Below the pieces are notes generated by a model. That model was not told the origin of the DNA. It searched no databases and worked only from the letters and a program-made list of their open reading frames with translations. Both the position numbers and the translations under genes were made by a program. 64,000 nucleotides of DNA from an uncultured delta proteobacterium (GTDB taxonomy: Bacteria; Desulfobacterota; BSN033; UBA1163): NCBI GenBank assembly GCA_963827685.1, contig CAWHBU010000002.1, positions 608,001 to 672,000 of the forward strand, read 5' to 3'. This document shows, piece by piece, positions 62,035-64,000 of the stretch (position 1 is its first letter; the number at the start of each line of letters is the position of its first letter).

Positions 62035-62703
62035 CTAAGCTATTAATTCGGCGATCTTTTTCATATCCTCCCAGACCTCTCTCTTTCGTTCAGGATTCCT
62101 CAACAGAAAGGCGGGGTGATAGGTGGGAATCACCTTGATTCCCTCGAGATCGAAAAGCTTCCCCCGGAGGGCCGTAATCTTAGTATCGGTTTTGAGTAGC
62201 GTCTGAGCGGAAAAAGTCCCAAGGGCGCAGATGATTTTTGGCTGAATCACACGGATCTGTTTCATCAGAAAGGGATTACAGCTTTGGATCTCATCTGGCT
62301 CCGGATTCCGATTCTGCGGCGGTCGGCATTTAATGATGTTAGCGATGTAAACCTCTTCTCTTGAAAGGTTGATAGATTGAAGGATCTTCGTCAGCAGTTG
62401 GCCAGCCTTCCCTACGAAAGGTCTTCCTTGAACATCTTCATCGTACCCGGGGCCTTCCCCGATGAACATCAAGCTTGACTTTTCGTTTCCTTCTCCAAAC
62501 ACAATTGTCCTTCTTGTTTGGTGAAGTTTGCACCTCTGACAATCTCCTAACTCTTTTCGCACCTCCGCCAGAGTCGGGATTTCCGAGCGAGACGTTTTTT
62601 TAGAGTTACCCTCTGAAGTGGGTAGGGAGGAAATACCCATTCCTTTAAGATATTCGAGATAGGATTTGAGATCCGTAATCATCTCACCCATTTTTTCATC
62701 CAT
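62035..62703 (-). CDS. Uracil-DNA glycosylase, family 4 (Fe-S)
   Basis: C..C.L, GEGPG, PFVG.AG, KCRPP.NR, YHPA. Confidence 0.94.
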   Translation of the reverse strand: MDEKMGEMITDLKSYLEYLKGMGISSLPTSEGNSKKTSRSEIPTLAEVRKELGDCQRCKLHQTRRTIVFGEGNEKSSLMFIGEGPGYDEDVQGRPFVGKAGQLLTKILQSINLSREEVYIANIIKCRPPQNRNPEPDEIQSCNPFLMKQIRVIQPKIICALGTFSAQTLLKTDTKITALRGKLFDLEGIKVIPTYHPAFLLRNPERKREVWEDMKKIAELIA

Positions 62704-63075
62704 GAAACGTCTCTTCTCAAATAAAATTCAAATAGCTTTTTTCACTGCCCTTGTCAAGCGTTTCAACCCTTTGACCCTCCTCCTTTGGCGCCTGCCGGAA
62801 GGCAGAAGGGGGATTTGGGAGAATTTCGTTATATCCCCTTGGCATCCCAGTCCGAAGCCAGGCTGAGGCAGGGGTTGACCCTGAAAGGCGCATTCCTCCT
62901 TGTCTAAATGGCAAGTGTTTGGTGCCGTCGAGGGGGTCAAGATTTTGTGTTAAAATCTTGGATACCTAAAGGGGGGGAGTATGGGCTGAAATTTCCAAAA
63001 TTTGATTGGGTTTAAAAAAAGATTAAGATAACCTCTTATCAACAAAGACAAAGATATTGACACTTGTCACAGCAA

Positions 63076-63254
63076 TTCAGACACTGGACTTCAGACATTA
63101 TACTATACTGAACACTGAACTTTTAATCGTAAGGCGTTGGTCGTAAGGCGTAAGGGGTAACTCCTAACGACTGGCGAGTTGCGGTCGGTACGACCGTCCG
63201 TACCGCGGCACTTTCACGGGAAAAAGTCTGAGGTCTATAGTCTTACTGTCTGAA
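63076..63254. repeat. Nested inverted heptamer-repeat element
   Basis: Outer ttcagac actggac ttcagac ... gtctgag gtctata gtcttac tgtctgaa; inner cgtaagg cgttggt cgtaagg cgtaagg. Confidence 0.7.
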
Positions 63255-63391
63255 TCACAGATACTTGTCATAGATTTTGCAATAAAATATATATTATGGT
63301 ATATATAGCTTGAATTTTTATCGAGTTTCAATTGATAAGTATTTGTTATGTTTGAGAAATTTATAACCTTAAGAAGTCGGTGGGCTTTGAA

Positions 63392-64000
63392 ATGAAGTCG
63401 AAGTATTCTCCGTTCGTTTCTTTTTTGATTGAGCGAGGAGTGGTTCAAAACGAAGATATAGAGAAGGCCTCCTCAAATGAGCCATCAGATAATGCCCCCA
63501 TTGAAGAGCGCCTCCTCGCTTCAGGTCTCCTCACGGAAGATGTGTTTCGTTCCTGTGCTGAAGAATTTTTTGGGGTTCCTTTCGCCACTCCTGGCGATTG
63601 GCCGCAAGAACCCGTTCTCGTCAATAATCTATCTGTTCAATTCATGAAAGAATCGAGATTCATCCCGGCTCGTTTGGAGGACAAGAAATTGACCGTCCTG
63701 ATGAACAATCCGTTGGATTTTTATACCATTGATGCCATACGTCTGGCGACAGGCTACGATGTCCGAGTGCTCTACGGGAAAGAAGAAGGTATCCACTGGG
63801 CCATTGAGCAATACTACGGCTCGGGCGTGACCTCCATGGAGAAAATTATTGAGGACATCGATGGCATACCGGAGTACCACGTGGAGGAAGAAGAGAACGT
63901 CGATCATCTTCGAGATATGGCCTCTGAGGGGCCAGTGATCCGTCTGGTCAACCTTATTATCACGAGGGCGATTGAATTGAGGGCCAGTGACATTCATTTT
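63392..64000 (+). CDS. gspE: Type II secretion ATPase GspE/PilB family, 5' part (runs off window)
   Basis: Manual translation MKSKYSPF...PLDFYTID...HLRDMASEGPVIRLVNLIITRAIELRASDIHF. Confidence 0.9.
   Translation, partial: MKSKYSPFVSFLIERGVVQNEDIEKASSNEPSDNAPIEERLLASGLLTEDVFRSCAEEFFGVPFATPGDWPQEPVLVNNLSVQFMKESRFIPARLEDKKLTVLMNNPLDFYTIDAIRLATGYDVRVLYGKEEGIHWAIEQYYGSGVTSMEKIIEDIDGIPEYHVEEEENVDHLRDMASEGPVIRLVNLIITRAIELRASDIHF

Noticed and set aside
63629-63997. Minus-strand 122-aa ORF
   Set aside because: Antisense to the gspE reading frame that starts at 63392.
1-64000. CRISPR array
   Set aside because: No identical 23-47 bp repeats with unique spacers and no cas genes; the repeats are short degenerate tandems or palindromes.

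Overview
Bacterial chromosomal window. Gene order and protein sequences suggest a Desulfobacterota/'deltaproteobacterial' lineage (inference). It is dominated by housekeeping clusters: fabG-acpP-fabF-rpiB-deaminase-nrdR-ribD/E/BA/H-nusB; xseA(frameshifted)-IS4-xseB-dxs-tlyA-yicC-gmk-rpoZ; rimP-nusA-ylxR-infB-rbfA-truB-rpsO-pnp-M16-dut; xerD-DHH/CBS/tRNA nucleotidyltransferase-scpA-sppA; and the start of gspE. It also has one tRNA-Pro(CGG) and a complete IS4-family element with a 9-bp target duplication. Main candidates for novelty: (1) a coupled three-gene MoxR-type AAA+ ATPase / FwdC-like beta-helix / VWA module (33743-37566); (2) about nine intergenic elements sharing one architecture (degenerate 7- or 8-mer tandem repeats followed by their reverse complement) but mostly with different repeat units, some carrying nested mini-elements; (3) two candidate minus-strand sRNAs exposing anti-Shine-Dalgarno motifs; (4) a 673-aa protein fusing L7/L12-CTD-like and Ig-like domains to an apparently inactive endonuclease III-like Fe-S domain. 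All calls come from reading the sequence by eye; no searches were run.
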